From a virus (taxonomy: Duplodnaviria; Caudoviricetes), in IMG/VR virus record IMGVR_UViG_3300035675_000001: a DNA stretch of 64,000 bases, one strand, 5' to 3'. Each line of letters begins with the position of its first letter. The stretch's first letter is position 1. Shown here in pieces: positions 1 to 9,706 of this stretch. The notes under the pieces were generated by a model. It was not told where the DNA came from. It saw only the letters and a program-made list of their open reading frames with translations, and did no database searches. Made by a program: the position numbers and the translations under genes.

Positions 1-1
1 C

Positions 2-295
2 AACTGCCGGGCCAACTGCCATCGCTGGTGCCGCCAGGGCGGACTGCTCTACTTCATGAATCCGAAGACGGGCCACTGGCCCAAGCACGGGTTCCACTAC
101 TTCACGATGGCCCATTACCACAAGTTGGCCGAAGCCTGCGGCTATCTGGTATTGGAGATTTCAGAGAACCCATCGCTGGGCAACTACAGGGACGGCTGGC
201 AAGTTCACGCTGCCTTCCAAAAGATGACCTCCACGCCCTTTATCTCGCTGGAAAAGTTCAGTGAGATTTACGCGAACACCGTCTTCGCGGCTTAG
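2..295 (+). CDS. Partial (5'-truncated) ORF, probable C-terminus of a SAM-dependent methyltransferase
   Basis: Frame open from the window edge: NCHRWCRQGGLLYFMNPKTGHWPKHG resembles the 'N.H..C..GG....P' post-motif region of class I methyltransferases; the catalytic N-terminus is outside the window. Confidence 0.35.
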   Translation, partial: NCRANCHRWCRQGGLLYFMNPKTGHWPKHGFHYFTMAHYHKLAEACGYLVLEISENPSLGNYRDGWQVHAAFQKMTSTPFISLEKFSEIYANTVFAA

Positions 296-915
296 ACTGC
301 AAACCAGCACTTGTCGCAGGGTGGATGGCAGCGCGAGATTTCCTCGCGCCAATTTTCCGTCAGCGGAATACCGTGCTCCGGCAGGCCAGGACCGACACAG
401 CAGGGATACAGCAAACCCCTGGCATAAGCCACGCTGAGCTGACCCCGGTAGCACATCTCTGTTCCCCTTTGGGTGCGCGGTGTGAACTCGATGGTGCCGA
501 CGACGAGTTTCTTTAAGCCCATCCCTGACAGCGTGCGGAGCGCATCCAGGTTATTGGGGCAACCTGGGAAACTTGCCTCAGTATAGGTGCTGAAATAGAC
601 CTCATCAAACAGGCGGAAGACCTCCGGGAACTTGCGTGCGCCGTAGCCATTGGTCTCAATCGTCAAGAGCTTACATCCGAATAGCTGCTTGAACTTCGCA
701 GCGAACTCCGGGAATTGGGGATGGACCGTAGGTTCACCGCCTGTGCAGTGGATTTGCTCGATGCCGTAAAAGTATCGAGCCGCGTGCTCGAAATACTCCC
801 AGGAGTGATGCTCGCGCTCGACCGCCTTTTTATCCGGGATGCCGCAGGCGCAATCCGGGCACCGCATGGAGCAGTGGCTTGTGACCTCCAAGCTGACTGC
901 CGCGATCTTCCTCAT
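292..915 (-). CDS. Radical SAM protein
   Basis: CSMRCPDC (CxxxCxxC), TGGEP and IETNG motifs; ATG at 915 overlaps the upstream stop (ATGA). Confidence 0.85.
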   Translation of the reverse strand: MRKIAAVSLEVTSHCSMRCPDCACGIPDKKAVEREHHSWEYFEHAARYFYGIEQIHCTGGEPTVHPQFPEFAAKFKQLFGCKLLTIETNGYGARKFPEVFRLFDEVYFSTYTEASFPGCPNNLDALRTLSGMGLKKLVVGTIEFTPRTQRGTEMCYRGQLSVAYARGLLYPCCVGPGLPEHGIPLTENWREEISRCHPPCDKCWFAV

Positions 916-1700
916 GAACAGCCGGTCGTCTCCCCGCAGTTCGGGCAGACATGGCACTTCCCGGCAGGCCGGGTGATCGTGCCGCACTTCGGGCACGGTG
1001 GACCGTCATTCCGCACTTCCTTCTCATGAGGCGGGGCCACAGCGGCAGTGATTTCCTTCGGCGGTTCAGCCGTGGGAGGAGACAGCTTGGTCGGCTCAGC
1101 CGGGAGCACGGGGGTATTCTGGACGAAGTAAATCCGCATCCACCGGAACACGTAGTCGATGATCGAGGAAGCCTGGCGAATCTCCGGGTTGCCCGTCCAC
1201 CCGGATGGCTCAAATCGCTGGTAGCTGAACTTGGTGGAAAGGGTGTCGATGTCCACGCCAAACTGGAGCGCAATGCTCGTCAGGCACCCAATGGTGTCCA
1301 TCAGCCCGCCGATGGTCGAGCCTTCCTTGGCCATCGTAATGAACAACTCGCCGGGAGCGCCATCGTCATACATGCCCACCGTCAGGTAGCCCTCGTGGCC
1401 CCCGACCGTGAACTTGTGGGTCACGGCGCGTCGGGTATCCGGCAGGCGCTTTCGCACCGGCGCACCAACCTTGGAGTGGAGCTGTTCGTTGTGCCGGACA
1501 AGATCGAGACAGCGGACGTTCAGCTCGTTGATCTGGCGGACGAAATCCGCGTTTTGGACAAGGAGCTGGGCGTGCTGGCCCTGGACCTCATCGAGCCGGG
1601 ATTGGACTTCGGCCCGGCCTTTTTGGTAGGCAGCTTCGAGCTGCGCGGAAACGTCAACTTTTTGAGTCTTCTTCGACATATCCTTGAAGAACGAAATCAA
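912..1700 (-). CDS. Stand-alone TSCPD domain plus Zn ribbon (C-terminal part of class II ribonucleotide reductase NrdJ) with N-terminal coiled coil
   Basis: RLPDTRRAVTHKFTVGGHEGYLTVG..DG.PGELFI.MAKEGST..G...SIIDYVFRW, then DGPPCPKCG...CHVCPNCGETTGCS; alternative start at ATG 1679. Confidence 0.85.
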   Translation of the reverse strand: MISFFKDMSKKTQKVDVSAQLEAAYQKGRAEVQSRLDEVQGQHAQLLVQNADFVRQINELNVRCLDLVRHNEQLHSKVGAPVRKRLPDTRRAVTHKFTVGGHEGYLTVGMYDDGAPGELFITMAKEGSTIGGLMDTIGCLTSIALQFGVDIDTLSTKFSYQRFEPSGWTGNPEIRQASSIIDYVFRWMRIYFVQNTPVLPAEPTKLSPPTAEPPKEITAAVAPPHEKEVRNDGPPCPKCGTITRPAGKCHVCPNCGETTGCS

Positions 1701-4027
1701 TCGACTTCGTTGTTCAGGATAACGTCGCCGATGCGAAGAAGTTCAGTTTCGACCGCTGACAGCATCTTGGTCGTATTGCCGGGGGTGTCGAGGGCCACAC
1801 GGTTGACGCCGACCACGCCGCTGATTGCCGCGATGACCTCAGTGATATTGGACTTGGAACCGACGATGCCGGATACCTCGCTGGCATAAATCGGAGAGCC
1901 GATTTGGAGGCCGTCGCCCCAGGCGCGAATCGCGGAACGAATCTCCCGGCGCTTGCTCTGAGACGTGTCGCCGGTGTAGCCCACGTAAATGTTTACAGTT
2001 TTGTCCGAAGCGTAGCCGACGATGGGAATGAGCTTCATGCTCAAGTCGCCGGGCACGCCCTTGATCCAAAGCGTGATCTGGCCGGTGAGCAGGTTGATCG
2101 TCGAGGGATAGTCGAGCGTGCCGCTCAGGTTGTCGCCAAACACTTGGGCGGTGCCGGGGATGATGCCGGGCACGACCGTCAATTCTTGGATGCCCAGGAA
2201 CAGGCGCACGGACCAGGCCGAAATCGGATAGATCACGAGCTGCGCGGAATACTGGCTCACCGTCACCTGGTCGTAGGTGCTGTAAACCGGAGTGCCGACC
2301 GACTGCTTGCTGAGCGCGTAAACAAACTCCTGGTCGGGTCGCGTCCACAGCTCCAGCGAGTTGGACGGATACAGGTCCGAAGTCGGCGTGGACATGTTGA
2401 TCGTATCGACGCCGTAAACCTCGTCGAGCGCCCGGACCAGGTTGGAGTAGAGCACCGGCTGGCCGGGCCGGAGCACGTCCACAAAGCTGTTGAGCGTGTC
2501 CTGAACCAGCAGCCCAGTATCGGTGACGCTGAACCCGGTGAAGACCTTGTAGCGCACGCTGACCGGGATGGGCCTGGCGGTGCCGTCGCCCAGGCGGACC
2601 AGATCGGTGCCGATGGCCTTCGTCTGCATGTAGTTCTCCAGGTCGATCTTTTGCGAAGCTGTCAAGTTGACCAGTGTGCCATTGGGTCCGCTCGTCCAGG
2701 CGTAGATGAAGACGAGATTGCCCTCCAAGAGCGAGTTCTCCGTCCGCACTGTGGCGCGGGCAAAGGTGACGCCCGGATACATCATGGCGATGGTCTGGTA
2801 ATCTTCTAAGGTTACCGCCCGGTCGTTGGCCCGTGTGGCGGCGGGGATGTTGACCCGCGCTTCCTCCAGGGTTTCAGCCTCGCGCCCGCCCGATCCGGCG
2901 TTTGTCCGGTTCGTAATCGCAATGGTGATCGGGTTGTTTGTGGAGCTAATCAGCCCGGTAATGGACGTGCTGATGGCGTTGATCTCGACGTTGCCTGCGG
3001 ACCCGCCGCCCACCCGGTAAGTGACGTTGATAGTCGCATCCGTAGGGATGACGGCTCCCAGGGTGCCGTCTCCAAAGATGATGAGCGGCTGGCCGGAAGC
3101 GGTGGTTTTGAAGACGAAATCGGTGGAGTCGCCGGTGGACTTGGCAAAGCTGGTAACCTGGTTCCAGATCGCACCGTTGACTACGACCTGAACAGAGCCT
3201 TCGATGACGGGGGTGGTGCTCAGCTTGACGACAAAAGAGGGAGTGGAATCCGAAGGCGACACGAAGCTATCGACCACGGTCAATCCCTGGACGCAGTTGA
3301 TGCGCTGGTCGTAGATCGTCGCCGTCACGGACGCCTGGATGCTGCCCTCGTAGGGGGTGGACAGAATCAGCCTGTTGTTCGTGATGGCCCCCGGCGATGC
3401 CTGGATGTCCTGGATCAAGTAGGTGTCCAGCTCGCCTGACACCTTGAAAACCTGGCCCGGTTGGACGAAATCAGCCAGGTTGATGGTGGTGTCGAGCAGA
3501 TCGACGTTCGACGAACCGGGTGTCACCAGGGCGAAGGTTGACAGCACGCTGGCACCTGTGGCCGAAGGGGAAATCGTGACGATGGGCGTGACCGGCGTCG
3601 TGTTGCCCGGCAGAATGAAATAGTCCTTCTCGACCTCGAACGGGATGGAATCCTGGGAGGAACTGCGGATGACGGTGCCCTTGGAAATGGTCACGGTCGC
3701 GCTCTCCAGGGCTGCCGTGATGGTCGCTTCGCAAGACACCGATGCGGCGGTCGGCCCGCGCAACTCGTATCCGGTCAGGCTGCCGATGTTCACGGCAGAC
3801 TCCCGCAGGGTCATCGTGTTGATGTAGTTCTCGCCCGCCGCCCGGTTGACCAGGAAGGCCATCGTGGCGGTTGACCAGGCGATCAGATCGACCAGAACGA
3901 TCCCGAAAGAGTTGTTCAGGAAGTCGTTCCAGACGCGGGGATACCGAGCGCGAACGCGCTGGAGGAGCGCGTCCTTGTGCGCCTGGTAATCGACGCGGAT
4001 AAATCGTAGCGTATTCTCTGTCGCCAT
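1697..4027 (-). CDS. Baseplate wedge protein (baseplate J / T4 gp6-like)
   Basis: DYQAHKDALLQRVR..YPRVWNDF, IIFGDGTLG..P, YRVGGGSAGNV, GSGGREAETLEEAR, RAVTLEDY. Confidence 0.9.
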   Translation of the reverse strand: MATENTLRFIRVDYQAHKDALLQRVRARYPRVWNDFLNNSFGIVLVDLIAWSTATMAFLVNRAAGENYINTMTLRESAVNIGSLTGYELRGPTAASVSCEATITAALESATVTISKGTVIRSSSQDSIPFEVEKDYFILPGNTTPVTPIVTISPSATGASVLSTFALVTPGSSNVDLLDTTINLADFVQPGQVFKVSGELDTYLIQDIQASPGAITNNRLILSTPYEGSIQASVTATIYDQRINCVQGLTVVDSFVSPSDSTPSFVVKLSTTPVIEGSVQVVVNGAIWNQVTSFAKSTGDSTDFVFKTTASGQPLIIFGDGTLGAVIPTDATINVTYRVGGGSAGNVEINAISTSITGLISSTNNPITIAITNRTNAGSGGREAETLEEARVNIPAATRANDRAVTLEDYQTIAMMYPGVTFARATVRTENSLLEGNLVFIYAWTSGPNGTLVNLTASQKIDLENYMQTKAIGTDLVRLGDGTARPIPVSVRYKVFTGFSVTDTGLLVQDTLNSFVDVLRPGQPVLYSNLVRALDEVYGVDTINMSTPTSDLYPSNSLELWTRPDQEFVYALSKQSVGTPVYSTYDQVTVSQYSAQLVIYPISAWSVRLFLGIQELTVVPGIIPGTAQVFGDNLSGTLDYPSTINLLTGQITLWIKGVPGDLSMKLIPIVGYASDKTVNIYVGYTGDTSQSKRREIRSAIRAWGDGLQIGSPIYASEVSGIVGSKSNITEVIAAISGVVGVNRVALDTPGNTTKMLSAVETELLRIGDVILNNEVD

Positions 4028-4031
4028 AGCC

Positions 4032-4226
4032 TTAACTACCCGTCACCAAATCGGCCATGATCGCCGCTACCTTTTCATCGTCCGGGTCTTCCTTGAGGCA
4101 TTCCACGGCGATCTTTGACACCTGCGCCAAAGTGTAAATCGCATCCCGCAAGGCCGGATCGTTGCTTTTTGCCGCCACTTTGGCCACAGCGGCGGCTTGT
4201 TGCCCGAAAGTCGTTCTCTTTCCCAT
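4032..4226 (-). CDS. Small hypothetical protein
   Basis: 64-aa helical ORF (MGKRTTFG...LVTGS) filling the gap between two minus-strand genes. Confidence 0.5.
   Translation of the reverse strand: MGKRTTFGQQAAAVAKVAAKSNDPALRDAIYTLAQVSKIAVECLKEDPDDEKVAAIMADLVTGS
4033..4039 (-). promoter_or_regulatory. GTAGTTA element (putative late promoter) before the baseplate gene
   Basis: GGGTAGTTAAGGCT-ATG, 5-nt spacer. Confidence 0.6.
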
Positions 4227-4242
4227 GACGGTTAGAACCGGA

Positions 4243-4650
4243 TCAGAGCTTGAAGATGCCGTTGGGACCGGTGTCCCAATGGATGCGGACCACTTCCCCC
4301 TGCGGCGTAAAGGGGAGGTCTGTCGCCGTGTCCAGGTAGCAAACCAGCTCCGACGTGTTCTCCGTCCCGGTATCGTGGTAGATGACCAACGCCGTAACGT
4401 CCTGGCCGAACACCGGCCCGATTGTGGGATCATCCGCCCGCGCTACGCCGCCCGTGGCGGTTTTGCCGCTAAGTGGATTGCTGGTAAAGACCCGCGCTGC
4501 CAGCGGGAGGTCCGCCAGCGTGTGGTGAACGTCGATCTGGACAAAGTAGTTCCGCGTGTCAACCAGCACGACCCGAAACATATCGGTGAGCCAGTTGAGC
4601 TGGCCGGACAAGAAACGCTCGTTCGCGTAGGTGTAGCGTTGATTCGCCAT
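4243..4650 (-). CDS. Conserved phage virion/tail-associated protein
   Basis: KTATGGVARADD...VTALVIYHDTG...S.LVCYLD...LP.TPQG....WD.GPNGIFKL pattern recalled from many phage structural modules. Confidence 0.6.
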   Translation of the reverse strand: MANQRYTYANERFLSGQLNWLTDMFRVVLVDTRNYFVQIDVHHTLADLPLAARVFTSNPLSGKTATGGVARADDPTIGPVFGQDVTALVIYHDTGTENTSELVCYLDTATDLPFTPQGEVVRIHWDTGPNGIFKL

Positions 4651-4694
4651 GCCATAGATACGAAGTAGAAATTGCTTACAATTTTGAGTTCTGC

Positions 4695-6356
4695 TTGAAT
4701 GTGAATGTGACCGACGAAAAACCAGTGGCGGAAATCATGGGGCACTTTGTGCTCCAGGAGGCCCGCGCCAAACAAGTCACTGCCCTGGAATACATTGAAC
4801 GCAAGTATTATGAGGGCTTTAAGGACATTGTGATCGCCGCTCCCACGGGCATTGGCAAGTCCGCGATTGGGGCGACCGCCTGCATGTGGTCGAACAGTCT
4901 CGACGAGGATGGCGACAACGGGGGCTACTACCTGGTCACGCAGAAGATGCTCCAGGACCAGCTCCAGCGGGACATCCCCAAATACCGGATGACCGACGCC
5001 GCCCGGCAGTGCTGCTCGATCAAGTCAGCCTCCGAATACTCCTGCCCGAAGCACGGCAACTGCGCCTTCGGCATGAGCCGAAAGACCAAGTGCGCCTGCG
5101 TCGGCCAGGGCACCTGCGCCTACGTCCGCGCCCGGATGGCGTTTGGCAGGGCGAAGATGGCGGTAACCAACTACCCCTACCTGTTCACCGAGCATCAGCT
5201 CGTCAACAAACTCTTGCCCAGGAAGGTGCTGGTCCTGGACGAGTGCCACAGCCTGGAGCGCCAGATTCTCAAGTTCGTCGAAATCAACATCACCCAGGAA
5301 AGCCTCCGAAAGTGGGCCAGAACCATCAAGCAGGTGCCCCACTTTGATGACGTGGTGGAGTTCGCTAACTACTTGTTGAACACCTACTTGCCGACCATCA
5401 AGCCGCGCCTGGAAGCCTTGATCGAGTGGGAGTCAACCTCCGACTCGGAACAAGACCGCCAGTTGAACCAGGAGAAGCTGGACCTGCAAAAGCACTACGG
5501 CCAGGTCTTGTCCGGGGCCAAGCTGGTCATCAACGACCCCAAAAACTGGGTGTTCTGGCAAGAGGAAGACCGGCACGGCAACCTCGAAGCTCTCGCCAAA
5601 CCTCTTGACGCTTCTCCGTTTGGTCAAGAGTTGATCTTCGAGATGGGCCGCGTCCGCATCTTCATGTCCGCTTACCCCGGCAGCAAGAAGGTGTTCTGCG
5701 ACAGCCTGGGCCTGGACAGCAACCGCGTAGCCTGGCTGAACCTGAACAGCACCTTCCCCGTCGAGAACCGGCAGATTTTCCTGACCACGATTGGCTCGAT
5801 GAGCCGGAGGAACCGGGATGACACCATGCCCGCCTTCCTGCGGTTCACGGCGAAAATCATGGAAACCCACTACGACACCAAGGGGATCATCCACTGCAAC
5901 AGCTACGAGCTGGGCAAAGCCATCTACGATGCCTTCCGTGGCACCGAGCACGGTGCCCGGCTGCTCTTTCCCCAGTCTTCCGATGAACGCGACCCGACGT
6001 TCGCCCGGCACAAAGTGACCCCCGCGCCGACCGTCATCATCAGCCCATCCATGACCGAAGGGTTCGACTTTGCCGAAGACCTGGCCCGCTGGCAGATCAT
6101 CGCCAAGGTGCCCTACCCTTACCTGGGGGACCGCCAGGTCGCCGCCAAGAAAGACATCAACGCCGACTGGTATGACCTCCAGGCGGTCATGTCGATCATC
6201 CAGGCGTGCGGGCGCATCGTCCGGTCGGATACGGATATAGGCCAGACCTACATCCTGGACAGCGATTTTCTCCAGCTTTACGAGCGGCAGAGTCACATGT
6301 TTCCCCGGTGGTGGACGGATGCCCTGGTATGGCCTAAACGGAAGGGTAGTCGGTAA
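4695..6356 (+). CDS. dinG: DinG/YoaA-family (XPD-like) SF2 DNA helicase
   Basis: APTGIGKS Walker A, Cys-rich Fe-S region, LVLDECH, SPSMTEGFDF, IIQACGRIVRS..D.G..YILD. Confidence 0.9.
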   Translation: MNVNVTDEKPVAEIMGHFVLQEARAKQVTALEYIERKYYEGFKDIVIAAPTGIGKSAIGATACMWSNSLDEDGDNGGYYLVTQKMLQDQLQRDIPKYRMTDAARQCCSIKSASEYSCPKHGNCAFGMSRKTKCACVGQGTCAYVRARMAFGRAKMAVTNYPYLFTEHQLVNKLLPRKVLVLDECHSLERQILKFVEINITQESLRKWARTIKQVPHFDDVVEFANYLLNTYLPTIKPRLEALIEWESTSDSEQDRQLNQEKLDLQKHYGQVLSGAKLVINDPKNWVFWQEEDRHGNLEALAKPLDASPFGQELIFEMGRVRIFMSAYPGSKKVFCDSLGLDSNRVAWLNLNSTFPVENRQIFLTTIGSMSRRNRDDTMPAFLRFTAKIMETHYDTKGIIHCNSYELGKAIYDAFRGTEHGARLLFPQSSDERDPTFARHKVTPAPTVIISPSMTEGFDFAEDLARWQIIAKVPYPYLGDRQVAAKKDINADWYDLQAVMSIIQACGRIVRSDTDIGQTYILDSDFLQLYERQSHMFPRWWTDALVWPKRKGSR

Positions 6357-6398
6357 ATGTTTACAAAACTACTCGTGAGAAGGGCCGAAACTGGGGGC

Positions 6399-6405
6399 GT
6401 AGTTA
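6399..6405 (+). promoter_or_regulatory. GTAGTTA element before the head-like gene cluster
   Basis: Intergenic, 7 nt before TTG 6413. Confidence 0.55.
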
Positions 6406-6412
6406 GGTCGAA

Positions 6413-7273
6413 TTGAACGGCATGAAAAAGAATTTGCTAAGCTTCCTGTTCCTGGAGTCGGCTGAGGCTGATGCCGCAGACGCGGAACGCCGCGATTTGA
6501 GCATCGCTGAGAACCTGGAACAACTGTTCGAGGCCGCAGCCGACATCGAAATGGGCGAGCTGGAGTCCAAGAAGACGCCTCTGGCCAAAGCCCTTGGCGA
6601 GTTCGGTATTTCCGATGCCGACCTCCAGATGGACCCGGAGGGATTCTGCCTTTGCACCGATAATCGGGACCGCTACACCGACATTCTTGCTGTGTTGGGT
6701 GATGCCGACGCCATGCACAAGCTGGCTCAGATGGGCTGGGTTGTGACCAAGCCTGGCGACGCCGCAATGACCAACGAACCCCCTGAGTTCCGCATCCGCT
6801 TCCTTGAGATCACCACCGTTGACACTGGTGACTCGGACAAGCCCGATGAAAAGGTCAAAGCCATCACTAAAGCGGCCCGCGAGTTCGCTACCACGCCGCT
6901 CGACCGGGATGACAAAGACAACCCGGTGGAAACGGATACCGGTAAAATGGGGAAGAAGCAGACGGGAGTGGGTAAGCCTAAAGAGGGTGAAGACCCCGAA
7001 AAGGCCATCCACGACAGCCTGCAAGAAATGACCTCGACCGGGAGCATGGGCACCGTCGAAGGCGGTCCCCAGGGTATCGCCGGAGCGGGCATCATCAAGA
7101 AGCCCAAGCCCTACGGCAAGGGCACCAAGTTCGCCATGCCCGGCCAGTGGACCGTGAAGCAGCCGGTCGTCAAACAGCAGATCAAGCGGAAGGTCCGCAC
7201 CGAATCTGCCGAAGAATTTCTGAGCGAACCTCTGCCCGGCGCGGCAAAACCCAACCCTGAAAAGGCATCGTAA
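6413..7273 (+). CDS. Acidic hypothetical protein, probable head/prohead core component
   Basis: Acidic, with several LxE sites (FLESAEA, LQEMTST, RTESAEE); GTAGTTA element upstream; probable ATG at 6422. Confidence 0.45.
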   Translation: MNGMKKNLLSFLFLESAEADAADAERRDLSIAENLEQLFEAAADIEMGELESKKTPLAKALGEFGISDADLQMDPEGFCLCTDNRDRYTDILAVLGDADAMHKLAQMGWVVTKPGDAAMTNEPPEFRIRFLEITTVDTGDSDKPDEKVKAITKAAREFATTPLDRDDKDNPVETDTGKMGKKQTGVGKPKEGEDPEKAIHDSLQEMTSTGSMGTVEGGPQGIAGAGIIKKPKPYGKGTKFAMPGQWTVKQPVVKQQIKRKVRTESAEEFLSEPLPGAAKPNPEKAS

Positions 7274-7860
7274 TGGCCAAAATCTTTCATGATTACGAGA
7301 GCATGGGCACAGTAGGCCCCCTCGAAGTCTTGGAGCCGCCTCTGCTCGAAGCCTTTCGCGGTAGCGACATCGTGGGCTGGTATAGCATGATCGAAGATCA
7401 GCTCCAGCGGATGCTCGACGACCAGGAAGCTTCCCGCAATTTCGAGAATGCTGACCGCATTCGCTCGTTCCTGAACACCTGGCGCGAGAACGAAATCACC
7501 GGCTCGATGAACATTGACGAGATCAAGCCGCTCAAGGCAGCCGCCGAGCAGCAGGCATCCGTCAAGTGGCCCCTTCGGAATTACTTTAGCAGCCTCAAAG
7601 GCAAGCTTCGCAAACTCGAAGCGACCGAAGTTGAACTGCCTCGCGGCATCGACACCAACCAGGTTGACCCGATGGCGGGCGGACTGGGCGCTGGCGCTCC
7701 GCCGATGAGTCCCGACTTCGGGCCGGAGGAAGAAGCTCCTGGTGACCTCGGTGCCGAGGAGGAACTGGGGCCGGAGGCCGGAGCTGGATTGGAACAGCCT
7801 GGCGAAGATGAAAAACTCGACAAAGAAATCGCCTTTGCTGAGTCCAAAACACGCAAATAA
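7273..7860 (+). CDS. Hypothetical protein with UVR-like helix pair and acidic low-complexity tail (scaffold-like)
   Basis: EASRNFENADRIR; C-terminal GPEEEAPGDLGAEEELGPE; start overlaps the upstream stop. Confidence 0.45.
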   Translation: MAKIFHDYESMGTVGPLEVLEPPLLEAFRGSDIVGWYSMIEDQLQRMLDDQEASRNFENADRIRSFLNTWRENEITGSMNIDEIKPLKAAAEQQASVKWPLRNYFSSLKGKLRKLEATEVELPRGIDTNQVDPMAGGLGAGAPPMSPDFGPEEEAPGDLGAEEELGPEAGAGLEQPGEDEKLDKEIAFAESKTRK

Positions 7861-7866
7861 TTCGTT

Positions 7867-8505
7867 ATGAGCAAGACACATCCTGAAATCGCAAAAGCAC
7901 TCCTGGAACGCCGCAACAGGATGACCCACGTCATTCTGCCTGGCGAAATCACCGCCGAGATCGGTCCCGATGGGGTCGCCGAGGCGCTGAAACAACGCTG
8001 GCTCGTGCCCGACGTGGAGGAGTCTGGCTACCTGTGCGTCAGCAAAGACCTGGGTGTCATCGCTGAAATGCGCCGGTTGGCCGAGATGAAGCCGGAGGAA
8101 TACAAGCCCGAAGCGATGCCCGTCGCCGAGAGCCACGACATCTCCTTGCTCCACACCAAGCGCAACCACCGTCTCCAGGAGGTTGCCGCCCCCATGACGG
8201 GTGCGCCGTCGCCTGGTTTGTCCAGCATGGCACAGCCGCAGGCTCCCGTCTCCCCCACTGCCCCCAGGGGAACGCCGGGAGCGGACATGCCAGTGAGCAC
8301 CAAGGTCATGGTGTCGCGCCAAGGCAAGTCTTTCAACGGTGTGATCGAGAAGCTTCTGCCCGATGGTCGTTTCCAAGTTGGTTTCCCTGACAACGAGAGG
8401 CCACAAGGTGAGCATGTTTTCTCCAAGGATGAAGTGAGCGTCGTCCCGACGAGTCCTCAGCGTCCTGGCGGAAGCGTGGCGACTGTTGGTGCGGCAGCTT
8501 CATGA
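7867..8505 (+). CDS. Hypothetical protein with C-terminal SH3/Tudor-like domain, probable head protein
   Basis: LQEVAAP site, Pro-rich linker, TKVMVSRQGKSFNGVIEKLLPDGRFQVGF. Confidence 0.45.
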   Translation: MSKTHPEIAKALLERRNRMTHVILPGEITAEIGPDGVAEALKQRWLVPDVEESGYLCVSKDLGVIAEMRRLAEMKPEEYKPEAMPVAESHDISLLHTKRNHRLQEVAAPMTGAPSPGLSSMAQPQAPVSPTAPRGTPGADMPVSTKVMVSRQGKSFNGVIEKLLPDGRFQVGFPDNERPQGEHVFSKDEVSVVPTSPQRPGGSVATVGAAAS

Positions 8506-9002
8506 ACACGTTACTGCTACGCCGAATCCTGGAGGCCGACGACGAGGATACGATTAAGGACATCCTCGGCGCGGACTATCAAGAGCCAGAACAAGCTCCC
8601 GAACAGGGCGAAGTCGAGCGGCACGACCGCTGGGCTGACGTGAAGATGGGAGACTGGAACTGGTGCGTTTCCTACCTCACCCCGGTCGCTTTTTACGAGC
8701 CGGGCGCGGGCATTACCGTGACCCAAAAGCGGTGGTCGAACGCCACGCTCAACCACATCAAGAAGTGGGCGGACCACATCGGTTTTGGCGGCGGCTTCCG
8801 CCGTTACGCCGACCTGGAAGCTCGTGCCAAGACGATGCCCCAGGAGGAGATGATCGAGCTGTTCAGGATGCGGGCTGGCCGCGTGCGCTGGACAAAGCGC
8901 CACGCCCGAAAACTGTCGGCGGTCCCCTACAACAAGATTCAAACCGGCCTCAAAGGTGACCGCGAAGATCGCGTCGAAATCGAACCTCACCGTGAGCAAT
9001 GA
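8502..9002 (+). CDS. Tagged putative internal head protein (SYxTPVA family)
   Basis: N-terminal ILEADDEDTIKDI tag; SYLTPVAFY...WSNATLNHI; paralog of the next gene. Confidence 0.6.
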   Translation: MNTLLLRRILEADDEDTIKDILGADYQEPEQAPEQGEVERHDRWADVKMGDWNWCVSYLTPVAFYEPGAGITVTQKRWSNATLNHIKKWADHIGFGGGFRRYADLEARAKTMPQEEMIELFRMRAGRVRWTKRHARKLSAVPYNKIQTGLKGDREDRVEIEPHREQ

Positions 9003-9706
9003 ACGAAGTCAAATCCATTCTCGCGCACCTGCTCGAAGCCGAGGAGGAAGACTTCGGGATCAAGGATGTTGAGCCGACAGAGCCGGTAGCAGGCCAGGCC
9101 AAGGTCACACGTCACGGGCGCTGGAAGGTTGTGGACATGCCCCACTACACCTTCCTGATTTCCTACCTCACTCCTGTCGCCTACTACGACAAGCTGCTCG
9201 ACGCCTTCTACCAAACGCGCAAACAGTGGTCGCCCACGACCAACGGCCACATCCAGCAGTGGATCAGCCAGGTTTACAAGTCGCCGGAATGGCAAAACCG
9301 CGAGGACAACAAAGAGTGGGAACCTCCCACGGAGTGGAGGCCGGAAGGCTACTTCCGGGTGAAGTATCCCCAGCTTGCCTACAAGAAGCAGGACGAGATT
9401 TCAGGCTTGTTCAAGAAGCTGATGGCGACGATGGAATTGAAGCCCCGCGAAAAGAAACGGCTCTACCACGTTGCTCCCGTGATGCGAGCGGGCAGTGAAG
9501 CAGCTCGCCGGGCAAGCCAATGGGTTTCGGGCCACGGCAAGCACCACGATACCGGCGAACAAGGCTTGCCCCGACCTGGATCGACCTGGCGCAGAGAAGA
9601 CCCGGACCTCGGTAAGTTCTTCGCTGACTTCGAGCCGGATGAAGCTGAAATGTGGGACTGGCAACAGAGTGAGCGCCGGAGCCAAGAACCCCATGAGCCA
9701 GAGTGA
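8999..9706 (+). CDS. Tagged putative internal head protein (SYxTPVA family)
   Basis: LLEAEEEDFGIKDV tag; SYLTPVAYY...WSPTTNGHI. Confidence 0.6.
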   Translation: MNEVKSILAHLLEAEEEDFGIKDVEPTEPVAGQAKVTRHGRWKVVDMPHYTFLISYLTPVAYYDKLLDAFYQTRKQWSPTTNGHIQQWISQVYKSPEWQNREDNKEWEPPTEWRPEGYFRVKYPQLAYKKQDEISGLFKKLMATMELKPREKKRLYHVAPVMRAGSEAARRASQWVSGHGKHHDTGEQGLPRPGSTWRREDPDLGKFFADFEPDEAEMWDWQQSERRSQEPHEPE

